From NCBI GenBank assembly GCA_038245785.1, contig JBBRSB010000021.1:1-64000 (forward strand): DNA of 64,000 nt, in the 5' to 3' direction. The translations under genes were made by a program, and so were the position numbers. Source of the stretch: Gloeobacterales cyanobacterium. Its GTDB lineage: Bacteria; Cyanobacteriota; Cyanobacteriia; Gloeobacterales; PMM-0068. Below the pieces are notes generated by a model, which was not told where the DNA came from, ran no database searches, and saw only the letters and a list, made by a program, of their open reading frames with translations. This document shows, in pieces, positions 28,120-38,560 of the stretch (positions are counted from its first letter, which is position 1; each line of letters starts with the position of its first letter).

Positions 28120-29739
28120 TCATCGAAAAGCTTTAACCACAGCATCAAGGTTGACTTTTACAGACTTGTCATGATGCAGGATTGGCGGGATCTCTCGGTC
28201 GATGCCAAGCAGTTCATAGACTGCCATTTGGGCAACTCGGACTGAATACTCGACCGTAAAGACAACATCCTCAGGGATTTCGACAAACTGGCTGACAAAA
28301 GCCAGGTTCTTGGAATTCTTCGGGACAGGCAGCGGTCTGTCTTTTGGTTCGCGAGGCATGAACATGCTCGTGATGTAGGGCATTCTGCATGGGATACAGT
28401 TTGCAGACGCGACCGTGTTTAGATCGAAATTCAGATGGCCACAAAGCTCCTGCAGGATATCTTTGCCGTTACAGTCAGACATCGATTTGGGAACGAAATT
28501 GCCTATTCGATCCGGGTGTAATGCATATCCCCAAAACACCTGGACCTCTGCGGGTTGGTCGGCAAAATGTGGCTGATGAGCGAGCACGATAGACATAAGC
28601 CAATTGGAATCTTTGAAGGTTACTAGGTTACCAGTGCCAGCTCTATTGCCAGAGAATGCCTCCATCTTGTCAAAAAAGACAGGGTCCCTGAGCGTAACCG
28701 TAAAGGACTCCCAGAAGGACTCTGGAATACTGGAATTGAACGCCGCTGGATTGCCGAACTCAGGACGGCCATTCGCCAGCTTTTCCCATAGAGCCCAACC
28801 ACCACTATCTTTCTTTGTCAGGCGCTTGGGTGCACTCGTCATCGAGCCAAAACTCGACGCATCGGTCATCGAACCATTTTGAAAGAATACTAAATCTTCA
28901 TCATCGATCGAGATGGTTTCGGTCTTGCCATTGCAGATATACTGAAGCGCATCAACGACAATCTTGCCGTTTTCGGTCTTCAAATCCAAGTCTGTCACCG
29001 TGCAATTAGCAACTAATTTGATACCCTGCGCCTCCAGCCAATTCACCAGCGGTCGAACCAAGGAATCGAATTGATTGTAGACCGTGCGCTTGACACCAGC
29101 CAGGGTTTCAATCCGTGAGAACTCCATCATGAAGCGATGGAGATAGCGTTTGAATTCCACTGCGCTGTGCCACGGTTGAAAGGCAAAGGTCGTAGCCCAC
29201 ATGTACCAAAAATTAGTCTTAAAGAATGACGGTGAGAGCCAATCCGTGATCCGGCTGCTGCCCAATTTCTCTTCAGCAGCCTCAATCAGTTTAAGCAACT
29301 CAATCCGATCCTGCATCGAAAATCCCATCGACTCGACATCCAAAATGGCACGATTTCGATCGACTAGCCGCGCTTGGGAATGCGACTTGTTCTGCTGATT
29401 AAATTCGATTGTCTCCTCAAACACCGTCTTGCTGGGGGACATTATGGAAGGGATTGATTTGAATAGGCCCCAAGTGCATTCGTAGTTGTCGGTCGTCAGC
29501 ATGCGGCCACCGCGAAGGGTATAGCCGTCCGTAGGTGTGCCGCCACCATCCATGCTACCGCCCACAACGGGCATCGCTTCAAAGATGGTGATATTGCGAC
29601 CTGGGATGCCGCCGTCACGAATCATGAAGGCTGCTGCGGCTAAGGAGCCAATCCCACCGCCTACCATATAAGCCTTGCGGTTATCACTGTTGGAGGTGCT
29701 GGATGTTATGGGTCGAATGGTCGATGATTGCTTTACCAT
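28120..29739 (-). CDS. Oleate hydratase (MCRA family)
   Basis: GGGIGSLA, RGGRM, YNQFDS, VFTVEYSVR. Confidence 0.93.
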   Translation of the reverse strand: MVKQSSTIRPITSSTSNSDNRKAYMVGGGIGSLAAAAFMIRDGGIPGRNITIFEAMPVVGGSMDGGGTPTDGYTLRGGRMLTTDNYECTWGLFKSIPSIMSPSKTVFEETIEFNQQNKSHSQARLVDRNRAILDVESMGFSMQDRIELLKLIEAAEEKLGSSRITDWLSPSFFKTNFWYMWATTFAFQPWHSAVEFKRYLHRFMMEFSRIETLAGVKRTVYNQFDSLVRPLVNWLEAQGIKLVANCTVTDLDLKTENGKIVVDALQYICNGKTETISIDDEDLVFFQNGSMTDASSFGSMTSAPKRLTKKDSGGWALWEKLANGRPEFGNPAAFNSSIPESFWESFTVTLRDPVFFDKMEAFSGNRAGTGNLVTFKDSNWLMSIVLAHQPHFADQPAEVQVFWGYALHPDRIGNFVPKSMSDCNGKDILQELCGHLNFDLNTVASANCIPCRMPYITSMFMPREPKDRPLPVPKNSKNLAFVSQFVEIPEDVVFTVEYSVRVAQMAVYELLGIDREIPPILHHDKSVKVNLDAVVKAFR

Positions 29740-29820
29740 GTCCGAGTCTCCAGATATTTAGGTGGTTTGAATTGGAGTCATAAATCTAGGATGCAGCTAG
29801 GTTTTAAGCTGGGTGCCGTA

Positions 29821-30507
29821 CTAGTTTTTCGGTGCGGCTGTCGTATAAACTGCACGCGCCTGTGCCAACAACTGGTCTTCGGTCATGTGTTGTTGATTGA
29901 CGATGACCGCACCGATTACTTTCTGTGCTATGTCTAGGTGATGTTCGTTGAGATCGACCAGCAGATGTTCCATCGCGCTGCTTGCTCCAGTCGAACTACC
30001 AAAAATCAGAATCTTCTCTGCGCCCCTCAGCGTCTGCGCTATCGCCTCGTAGAAGGATTTGAGTTCCGGCTGACGCTGATGACCCTTAGCTTCATTTGAT
30101 ACATAGTGCAGATGCCCACGTAAACCATCTGGATCGTAGGGTACAATCCGCTCCGGCACTGAGCCGTGCATTTCCGTCTGATAGATCCGAGCTTCACGAT
30201 GGTCGATAATTACCAGTAGGTGGGCACCATCAGCGACAGTCTGATGTTCGGGTGCAGCCGTTCGCTCTAGGAAATGACGAATCTTCATTACTTCGTGGGT
30301 GTCATCTAAGTCTTTGTGCTTTGGTGAATGAATTGTCAGCGTCTCGCCATGCCGCGTAAATCGCAGATTGCCGTTATGCTCCTCCTCTACATCAGTGATG
30401 GAATTGAGCATCGATCGCACATCATGCCACTGAAGGTTATGGGAAGCTGGGTGTTGAAGGATCGCATCATAAGTGGTTTGGTGAGTCATAGATATCTGGA
30501 TATCCAT
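29821..30507 (-). CDS. Hypothetical protein with release-factor-like (baeRF/host-attachment-like) C-terminal domain
   Basis: LVIIDHREARIY...FYEAIAQTL..AEKILIFG; AGGAG RBS. Confidence 0.65.
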   Translation of the reverse strand: MDIQISMTHQTTYDAILQHPASHNLQWHDVRSMLNSITDVEEEHNGNLRFTRHGETLTIHSPKHKDLDDTHEVMKIRHFLERTAAPEHQTVADGAHLLVIIDHREARIYQTEMHGSVPERIVPYDPDGLRGHLHYVSNEAKGHQRQPELKSFYEAIAQTLRGAEKILIFGSSTGASSAMEHLLVDLNEHHLDIAQKVIGAVIVNQQHMTEDQLLAQARAVYTTAAPKN

Positions 30508-30689
30508 TAATTTCTCCTGCTTAATCTTGACAACTTCATCTGTAACTTTGACTGACTACCGTTTGAGTCACCGTGTGAATTGATTAATTATGATATAAAT
30601 TTTAATTTGGCGACATTTTACATCATAATTATGCCGACTTGTATTTAGCCGAAATTATGCCATGCTTATACATCTCAAGCTATTCCCGC

Positions 30690-30885
30690 AGTTTGGTCAA
30701 CATGGCGTTCGACGGAGTAGGCAATCTGTTGCGCTCTGGATGGGTTATCCCCGATGATTTTTCGACGTGTCTGCGTTCTGTCGAATGGTGGCAGCATCGT
30801 CAGCACTGGGTAAATCAAAGCGACAAAAGCAGGACGTGCTGAGACTCGATCGATCGCATCGACGGGCGCATAGCGCAATGCATCC
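30690..30885 (-). pseudogene. Alpha/beta hydrolase fragment (3' part), split by IS256
   Basis: DAIDRVSARPAFVALIYPV; joins 32251-32355 across the TSD. Confidence 0.7.
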
Positions 30886-32250
30886 GGGTATGTAAAGTAT
30901 TTTGTGTCAAGGTAGAAATGGCTATACGGGAAACCTCCCTTCAAACTCAATTGCAAACCGATTTAGTGCACTCTTCCAATCTCGAATTAGCATCGTCCAC
31001 TTCTTAGCAATGTTGTGAATCGCTAAATAAATGACTTTCATTGCCGATTCATCCGTCGGAAAAGAGCGATGGTTCCGTAAAACCTTGCGCAGCGTCATGT
31101 TCTCGGCTTCGCCTGCCGGACACATGGATTCAATAGCGTTAGTTGTGTACATCGCTTTACGAATGTCAGCGGGGAAGGCAAAGAAGGGAATAATCCGCTC
31201 CCAATGATTCATCCAGGACTTGCTAATCGTCGGATATTGCTTGTCCCAGCGTTGGGCAAAGGTCATGAGGGCTTGTTCTGCCTGCCCATCGGTGGCAGCG
31301 CCATATACCAATTTCAGGTCAGCGGCGACAGCTTTGCGGTCTTTGTAGGAAACATAGCTCAACGCGTTACGCACCAAATGAACGATACAAAGCTGGATTT
31401 GCGTTTGAGGAAAGACCGTTTCAATCGCTTCAGGAAAGCCCGTGAGGCCATCCACACAGGCAATGAAGATATCCTTGACGCCCCGATTTTGGAGGTCGGT
31501 CAATACCGACAGCCAGAACTTGGAAGATTCATTCTGGGTCATCCACAGCCCCAATAGCTCCTTCTACCCCGCTAGATTTACCCCTAAGGCTAAGTGAATC
31601 GCTTTGTTGAGCACCCGCCCTTCATGGCGAACTTTCACCACTAGGGCATCGAGAAAGACAATCGGATAGACCGCATCGAGGCTACGATTCTGCCAGAGTT
31701 TGCGCTCCGCTTCTACCGCTTCGGTCACGTTAGAAATCAGGGCGGCCCCTGAGCTATGCCGAAGGGTGTGGGACACTTCTACCCCATACAAATCGTGCAA
31801 CTGTGCTTGGATATCTCGGGTCGTCATGCCACGGGCGTAGAGCGACAAGATCTTGTCATCAAAGCCGTTAAAGCGGGTCTGGCCCTTCTGGATAATCATT
31901 GGTTCAAACTCGCTGTGGCGGTCGCGCGGCACGGCAATCGCCGCTTCCCCAAACTCGCCTTTAATGGTCTTCTTGCTGTGACCGTTGCGGCGATTTTTTG
32001 GACTAACAGGCGCTGACTCTGCAGGCTCTTGTTCCAGATGAGTATCCAATTCAGCCGTTAAGCAGCGCTCGACTAAGGCTTTGGTCAATTGCTTGAAAAT
32101 GCCGCCTTCCCCCATCAGGTCTTCGGGGTTACGATAGTCCTTGAGCAATTCATCAATGAGTTCCGGTCGAAAGGTCATGGTCTGTACCTCGGTGAGTTAG
32201 TTCATTAGATCTCAAGCTCTGACCTTTGACACAAACTAATTTACACTCCC
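30886..32250 (-). mobile_element. IS256-family element
   Basis: Imperfect TIRs GGG(TA/AG)TGTAAA...TTTGTGTCAA; 8-bp TSD ATGCATCC on both sides. Confidence 0.95.
30922..32178 (-). pseudogene. IS256 transposase with in-frame TAG (31564) and two mini-element insertions
   Basis: NLAG*KELLGLW; CIVH and TTNAIES motifs; extra CPAGEAE and TLRHSSGA peptides. Confidence 0.9.
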
Positions 32251-32355
32251 ATGCATCCGGTTCGGTGGCGATCGTTCCTGCCAGATGTGCTCCTACCGAA
32301 AACCCAACAATACCGATCCGCTTTGAGTCGATGTCGAAACTGGCAGCACGACCGA
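32251..32355 (-). pseudogene. Alpha/beta hydrolase fragment (5' side of IS256)
   Basis: IDSKRIGIVGFSVGAHLA nucleophile-elbow motif. Confidence 0.7.
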
Positions 32356-32433
32356 TGCCCCCAGATACCCCACGATCGTCGAAACTTTCTGATTCATGTC
32401 AATCGCTCCTTATTAAGTGATAAAGAATATCCA

Positions 32434-33288
32434 TCAGCTAAGGGCTGTTTTATAATCGCGGGCAAATTCCTCAAAACTACGTGGTGCTTTATTGATCGCA
32501 TCTTGCACACCAGACAACACAGCCGCCGCCTCATTGCGTCGATAATGCGCGTAATCTTCCAGCAGTCCTTCCGCTTGCCAGACTGGCATCCCGAAACCTA
32601 GCAGACTTTCGAGCATTGCTTCGGGTGAGACATCAACAAACGCAATCCGACGACCGATTGCGGCTGAGATATATTCTGCCATCTCACTATGCGTCAGTGC
32701 CTGCGGTCCCGTCAGGTTGTAAATCTTGTTCTCATGCCCAGTTTCTGTCAGCGCAGCTACGGCTACCGCTGCAATATCCCGTACGTCTACAACGCTAACT
32801 TTTGCATCGCCAGCGGCTGCATAAAAGGCGTTCTGGGCTGCAATCGTCGATCGAAAGTTTAACAGGCCCTGCATGAACAGGTTGGGACGCAGAAATGTAT
32901 GTGTTATTCCTGCCGCAACGATCGCTGCTTCTACTGCCGCATGGTAGCGCAAATAACGCACGGGAGATTTGGCATTGGCGGCAAACTGTGACAGTTTAAC
33001 AATGTGTTGAACTCCGCTTTGTCGTGATGTATCGACAAAGGCGATCTGTTGGGCTTGGGCATGTTCGGTTGAATTTGTGAGCAAAAACGCCCGTTCCACA
33101 CCAGCAAGTGCCTTCAGTAGCGTCTCAGGTCGATCGAAATCTCCTTCCACTATCTCGACATTGGGTAAGGCGATCTCGTCTGCACGATGGCGATCTCTGA
33201 CCATTGCGCGGACTCGCACGTTTTTTGCCGAAAGCTGCTTGATGATCTCGGCTCCATTGTTTCCAGTTGCACCAGTAATTAAAATCAT
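32434..33288 (-). CDS. NmrA-like/atypical SDR NAD(P)H-binding protein
   Basis: ILITGATGNNG, LRPNLFMQ, VDVRDIA. Confidence 0.92.
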   Translation of the reverse strand: MILITGATGNNGAEIIKQLSAKNVRVRAMVRDRHRADEIALPNVEIVEGDFDRPETLLKALAGVERAFLLTNSTEHAQAQQIAFVDTSRQSGVQHIVKLSQFAANAKSPVRYLRYHAAVEAAIVAAGITHTFLRPNLFMQGLLNFRSTIAAQNAFYAAAGDAKVSVVDVRDIAAVAVAALTETGHENKIYNLTGPQALTHSEMAEYISAAIGRRIAFVDVSPEAMLESLLGFGMPVWQAEGLLEDYAHYRRNEAAAVLSGVQDAINKAPRSFEEFARDYKTALS

Positions 33289-33315
33289 GTTGATGATCCT
33301 TGATAATTGTTGTTT

Positions 33316-33640
33316 TTAAGATGAGTGCTGACAGAAATTATCGAGCCAGTAACGAGTCCGACCGTCGAGATCCTTGATGCCGAAGACTTTGCCGAAAGGC
33401 ATTTGCTTGAGAGGAAGGCTGACTTCGGCTTTTTGGGATCGATCTCTGAAAGCTGCCTCAACATCATCTACAAGCCAATATGGCTCTGGCTCGCAATTGC
33501 CTGCCATCGGCTCGTCGCTGGCGATCGCGAAGGTGGCAAATTGGACGAATGTGAGGTGGTAACGCTCTACGAGACACCATGATTGCAGGTGGTTGCCTTG
33601 TTTGTCGTGTCCGTTTTCCTTGCTGTTGTAGTGGCCCCTG
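33316..33640 (-). pseudogene. Degenerate VOC/glyoxalase-like gene
   Basis: YWLVDDVEAA...MPFGKVFGIKDLDG. Confidence 0.5.
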
Positions 33641-33661
33641 CGGATTTGCCTATTCGTGCGA

Positions 33662-35215
33662 TCACTGCCCCTGCCTTCCACGTAGCTCGATCGCGTTTCG
33701 ATCCAAACGGCTACGAGAGAAGTACTGGCGGTGGTGCACCACCGCCGATACGGAACTGAGATTCGCCACGCGAGCAAGTGGGTCGGCGGCCAGCAAGACG
33801 ATATTGGCCTCCATTCCCGAAGCGATCCTGCCCATCGTTTTGGTGCGGCCCAGGAACCGGGCGGGTTCGACCGTCGTCATTTGCAGGATTTTCAACGGCG
33901 TCAGGCCAGCTTTTGCCAGCTCGGCAAACTCCTGACGCAACGCTTGTCCCGGAACATCGCCCTTTCCGTCGGTTCCGGTCATCATCTGTACTCCTTCAGC
34001 ATTCCATAGCGCGACGACGGCGAGGCGCAGTTTATAGGTGTCGCGAAACGTCGCGCGCATCGCTGCTGGCAGTGAATGGAAATGTGCGGCCGATTCACGC
34101 CATGCCGTTTTCGTATCCTCGCTCATGTTCGTCAGTGCCGGGTCGGTTTCATACTCGGGCAGGTCGGCAAGTTCCTGTGTCCGCATCCGTACCAGCGTCG
34201 GCACCTGCCAGGTGTTGTTCGCCTTGAATGCCCGCGCGAGTGTCCGGCAACGCCCAATGTCGAAGCTGTCGAGCGCCCGTTGCCGCAGCGAGACTGTTGC
34301 CGACGAATCGTTCACCGTCGGATTGATCAGTTGGCTATTGACGCGCTTCATGACGATATCGCCCACCACCGGTATGCGCATGATCCACCACGGGATCGCC
34401 GCGTCCTCCGTCTTAACGCGGCGAAGCTCAACAGGATTGGACGAACACTCAATCCACAGGGGGTTACCGGTTCCGAAATGCTCTATTGAGCTGAATCCCG
34501 CCTTTGAGGCTTCCAGCGGCGAGATGTCCGGTGGCAGGTGTCCGGCGGTCGGCAGCCCCAGGCGGTTGGCTTCGTCGATCGCGGCGAAAAACGCTGATCG
34601 CGGCGCGAGGATGATCTTGATAAAATCGGCATGCTGCCTCTTCTGCCGATCGACCTCCGCTCGGGCTTCCTCCGGCGACCCGGCGTTGAACGGCATCAGG
34701 ATCTCGCCCGGCATCGCTAGCAGATCCGGCGTGTCGACCCCGAGTGGAAGCCGTCCTTCATCCCTTGCCTTCAGGAGCTTCGGCGTACCCGACATCTGGC
34801 GAAAGCCGGTCACGCCTTCGGCCAGCATCGTCGCCAGCATCAACCGGGGCGATTTTGCGATCAGCGCATGCGAATGCATGTTGTTATAGCCGGGAACAGC
34901 GAAGCGATTGCTGCCGTTGATCGTCGTGACGGATCCCGCCGGTCGGACATCCCGAGTCGGCAGTACGCTGACGATCTTCCCCTTGTTTGTAAGGATCGAC
35001 ATGGCTGGCCGTTCGCTGCCGTCGCTCGGGTCGACGACCGTGACGTTGTCGATACGCAGCAGACCGGCATTCGGCAACTGTTGTCGCGTCGGTTGTTCAG
35101 TACATGCCGCGATCGCCAGCGCCAGCAAGGCGGCAAGGAGGCGCGGTTGCCAAGCGCCCCGCGATGGTGAGGCCCGGCCAGATGTACGTGTAGCTTTATC
35201 TGTTGCGCTGTTCAT
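33662..35215 (-). CDS. Amidohydrolase-1 family lipoprotein
   Basis: LAIAAC lipobox, PGYNNMHSH, MTGTD, ANIVLL; high GC. Confidence 0.85.
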   Translation of the reverse strand: MNSATDKATRTSGRASPSRGAWQPRLLAALLALAIAACTEQPTRQQLPNAGLLRIDNVTVVDPSDGSERPAMSILTNKGKIVSVLPTRDVRPAGSVTTINGSNRFAVPGYNNMHSHALIAKSPRLMLATMLAEGVTGFRQMSGTPKLLKARDEGRLPLGVDTPDLLAMPGEILMPFNAGSPEEARAEVDRQKRQHADFIKIILAPRSAFFAAIDEANRLGLPTAGHLPPDISPLEASKAGFSSIEHFGTGNPLWIECSSNPVELRRVKTEDAAIPWWIMRIPVVGDIVMKRVNSQLINPTVNDSSATVSLRQRALDSFDIGRCRTLARAFKANNTWQVPTLVRMRTQELADLPEYETDPALTNMSEDTKTAWRESAAHFHSLPAAMRATFRDTYKLRLAVVALWNAEGVQMMTGTDGKGDVPGQALRQEFAELAKAGLTPLKILQMTTVEPARFLGRTKTMGRIASGMEANIVLLAADPLARVANLSSVSAVVHHRQYFSRSRLDRNAIELRGRQGQ

Positions 35216-35466
35216 CGGGTGGTTAGCTCGCGGTAGGTCGTTTCGACGAAGGTCGGAAAGCGGGACACCACACATTTCAACTGCGGCTCGTAGTCCAATC
35301 GGGTTGAACCTCATGCTGGCGACCAGGATGTTGGTCTGAAATAGTCGGATGGCAGCCGCTTGTTGGTAAAGGCCTGCCGACCGGCGGATTGCGGACTCCA
35401 TATTCAAACCATTTTTAAAACATAATAACTATGGTTCAAATCACAAAATTCGGTATTGTTTAATCC

Positions 35467-35680
35467 TCATTCCTTACGAATTAATCGTTGGAGAAATTCT
35501 GGTGGTAGCGACTTGACGAAATAGGCCTTTATTGGTTCATTGCGATTCGAGTTCTTCACATAAGATCCAGTTAGAAGAGGACGATATTCAGTCTGATGAG
35601 CAAGATATATTTTCATGAAAGCCGTACTAAAAGCCTGAAGATGAATGCGTCCTAATTCTGGATCGCGCTCAGAGAAGCGA
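35467..35680 (-). pseudogene. C-terminal remnant resembling cyanobacterial alpha/beta hydrolases
   Basis: AFSTAFMKIYLAHQTEYRPLL similarity recalled from family C-termini. Confidence 0.35.
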
Positions 35681-35701
35681 TTAGACGCTTTTGTATCAGA
35701 G

Positions 35702-36076
35702 TCATCGATTTGCACTAGTAACTAACTCCTTGGGCTTTACCTTATCGCCTTCTCTAACGGCAACATTGGCAACTCTACCGCCGATTTTGGCAGAAACATC
35801 GGTTTCATAACCCTCAATCCGCCCGCTGAGAAAAATGCCATTCTCGTCAGGGTGGTAGAAAAACACGCGGTAGACTCCGAAGCCAACTCCGGCAACCAGC
35901 GCGATCGCCCCTAAAATTCGGAGTATCTTAGGAATCTTCTGCCACGGCTTTTGGGGAGGAGTGGTAGGGTCAGATGGCTGCTTCTGCTCCAACTCCGGAG
36001 TCTGCGGCTTTTCCTGAACCTGAGGGTCAGTTGTCTGTTGAGCACCATTGTTGGAATCAGTCTGGGTGGATGGCAT
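35702..36076 (-). pseudogene. HlyD-family secretion protein, N-terminal fragment
   Basis: TM, SGRIEGYETDVSAKIGGRV..V.EGD.V, then premature end. Confidence 0.8.
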
Positions 36077-36268
36077 AGCCGCTCCTTGGATAAAGAGTTG
36101 AAATGGTTTACGTAATGTATTGCTGCGAAGGGAGGTTATCGTCTCTGCAACGTCAGCGTTCATATCAACAAATAAATTGTGATGGGAGAGATCGAGAAGT
36201 TCAGTACGGCCACTGCCAATTGCGAATTTCAGGCATAGATGCACGGGTGGTTTCGTTCATTGCGTTGC

Positions 36269-37360
36269 TCATGGCGCGGTTAGGCCCAGGCGGAAAACCT
36301 TGTTGCTTGTCTTCCAGAACACCATGTCGCGCTCGGCCTTGTTAGGAAACACGTCTTCGACGATCTTGACGTGTTCTTCAACTCCGTACGGGATGGGCCC
36401 GTAGTCACTGCCGAACACCACTCGGTCAACGCCGCACATCTCAACGGCGGCTCGCACTCCAATGGGATTGAACCCCATGGTGTCGACCAAGATGTTGGTC
36501 TTGAAGTAATCGGATGGCAGTCGCTTGTTGGTGTACGGCCTGCCGGCTGGCGGGTTCGGGATGTCCTTGTAGTTGAGCTGCCAGGTGAAGTTGAGGCGGC
36601 CCAGAATCGACGCGAGTTCACCTCCCATGTGGACGATCAGCACCTGCAGCTTCGGGTGGCGATCGAACACGCCGGAGCCAATCATGCGAGCGCCGTTGAC
36701 GGTCGAGTCGAAGGGACGACCGACCGCCTCGTTGAGGCGATATTGCATGAGCAGTTCGTGCCCGATCGAGAGCATGGGCGGGTGAATGTGGACGACGAGA
36801 TCGTTCGCCACCGCAAACTCCCACAGCCACTCCGCCTTCGGACTGTCCAGGTACTCGCGCTCCAACCCGTCGCCATAGCTGGACGCCACCGCAATCGCCT
36901 TGGCACCGCCCGTTTTGATCATCTCCTCGATGACGGGCCGGCAGCTTTCCTCGAGCGCGTGCGCGTTGGCCATCAGCGCGAACTCGGTGGGATAGCGATC
37001 CCGGATCTCGAGGTATTCGTTGTTCACGAACTTGAGGGCGTCTACCGTGCTGACTCGGAGCAGATCCTTTGCGAACCATTCCACCTCACCGCCATTGCTC
37101 GCTAGGCTGAGCGTGACGCCGCCGGCGCGTTGCTTGGGCATCGCGTACTCCAGATCGAAGAACTCGCGATAGCAGATCAGGTCCTTGTCGTTAGATTGCG
37201 GGAATGATTTCTTTGAGTCATACAAGCCTGCGTCCTCCATCTTGGCCGCGAGCTTGGGTCCGATCGGGTGCCGGTGGGTATCGACGATTGCTGGGCGTTC
37301 CGTTCCGTTCGGCGGTGTTTGGGCTAAGTTAACTTGATTCATGATTTTCCTTGTGTACAC
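36269..37360 (-). CDS. Amidohydrolase-2 family protein
   Basis: VDTHRH, HIHP, VHMGG, FGSDYG. Confidence 0.9.
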   Translation of the reverse strand: MYTRKIMNQVNLAQTPPNGTERPAIVDTHRHPIGPKLAAKMEDAGLYDSKKSFPQSNDKDLICYREFFDLEYAMPKQRAGGVTLSLASNGGEVEWFAKDLLRVSTVDALKFVNNEYLEIRDRYPTEFALMANAHALEESCRPVIEEMIKTGGAKAIAVASSYGDGLEREYLDSPKAEWLWEFAVANDLVVHIHPPMLSIGHELLMQYRLNEAVGRPFDSTVNGARMIGSGVFDRHPKLQVLIVHMGGELASILGRLNFTWQLNYKDIPNPPAGRPYTNKRLPSDYFKTNILVDTMGFNPIGVRAAVEMCGVDRVVFGSDYGPIPYGVEEHVKIVEDVFPNKAERDMVFWKTSNKVFRLGLTAP

Positions 37361-37639
37361 TTGCTTGAGTTAGGCTGAAATTTAATCGCTCTGCGGATTT
37401 TGTTGCAAAGACTTGTTCAGTGTCAAACAATCAGCTTTTTATCTATTTAGCGCCGTGTTAGCGCCGTGCAATTTAGCGCCGTGCAATCTCGGAGCCTAAA
37501 TGTCGGTTCTGACCGCTTTTCTTCACTGTTTAGTCTAAATTCCAGTCGTTTAGGAACAGGATCGAGGCAACGATGCCAGCTAGTACGGCCATTGCCAATT
37601 CAGAATCACAGGCATATCCTCTCCGTGTTTTGTGATGTA

Positions 37640-37724
37640 TTGTCTGTGGTTTAGGTTGCGCGATCGCTTCGAGTGTCAGAACGTCTGGCTCACCGTATTG
37701 ATGAACGCGGATTGCTTGCATCAT
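37640..37724 (-). pseudogene. N-terminal remnant of NADP-dependent (MDR) oxidoreductase
   Basis: MMQAIRVHQYGEPDVLTLE; compare 55627-56574. Confidence 0.6.
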
Positions 37725-37808
37725 CTTACTTCCAGATTTTTATGGTGTATTAAAAACGATCCAATCCTGAGTGCCTTGCGTTTTTATTAAAAGCTGATGA
37801 GAACCTAA

Positions 37809-37906
37809 TAAGTAGCTAGGTGGAATTAAGAAGTCCCCCTACCCTCCGGGCAAGGGGGACGGCGATAGCTGGGGGCTCTGTGTTCGCTTTAATTAAGCCC
37901 ACCCAC
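37809..37906. mobile_element. MITE-like repeat, same family as 10132-10283, without nested inserts
   Basis: Shared blocks listed for 10132-10283. Confidence 0.65.
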
Positions 37907-37916
37907 AGTTGTCATT

Positions 37917-38453
37917 TCACGCTCTTGACGCGACACCTAGGCTGATTCTGTCGAGCATCTGCTTCGCCTGACTTACATCCTCTTCGCTACCTGTCACCAG
38001 GATGATGAACTCGCCCGCTTCATTAATTTGAGTTTCGTACTTCAGCACCTCGTGCTCCGGGATGCCTAACCCTCCCAATGCACCCGCCAGTCCTCCCACG
38101 GCAGCAGCACTAGCGCCACCAATCACAGTGCCTTCCAACCAACCCGCCAACACTCCAACAATTGGACCGGCAATAACGATTGGAGCGATGCCGGGAATAA
38201 ATACCACTCCAGCCCCTGCTAAAATGCCAAAGAAACCGCCAACGAAGCTTCCCCAGTAACCACCTCCTACAGCTCCAGCTTGGGCTGTATCCTTCCAGGT
38301 AAGAAAACCGCGTACTTGCTCAGTGGTCTGGTAATCTTTGCCGATAATCGAGAGCTTTTGCAGATCGAAGCCTTGTTTTTGGAGTTCCAAGACAACCCTT
38401 TCTGCTTCTGTATGCGAAGGTAAATGAGCTACAACGGTATGTGCATATGTCAT
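37917..38453 (-). CDS. General stress protein-like membrane protein (Gly zipper)
   Basis: KLSIIGKDY, Gly-rich TM, LGIPE..V.KYE. Confidence 0.8.
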   Translation of the reverse strand: MTYAHTVVAHLPSHTEAERVVLELQKQGFDLQKLSIIGKDYQTTEQVRGFLTWKDTAQAGAVGGGYWGSFVGGFFGILAGAGVVFIPGIAPIVIAGPIVGVLAGWLEGTVIGGASAAAVGGLAGALGGLGIPEHEVLKYETQINEAGEFIILVTGSEEDVSQAKQMLDRISLGVASRA

Positions 38454-38560
38454 GAGTTTGTTTCCTTTATTTATGTCAACTAACTTCTTCGACAAGCTTG
38501 CTTTAATAAGAGAGGCGGAGGTCGTTACTCCTTCTGCTTCTTGCCTTCTGCACTCGTGTC

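Noticed and set aside
31564..31566. In-frame TAG as possible recoding
   Set aside because: Isolated nonsense codon in a decayed transposase; TAG is used as a normal stop elsewhere in the window
34038..37105. Long plus-strand ORFs (e.g. 34038..34889, 36371..37105)
   Set aside because: Antisense shadows of GC-rich amidohydrolase genes
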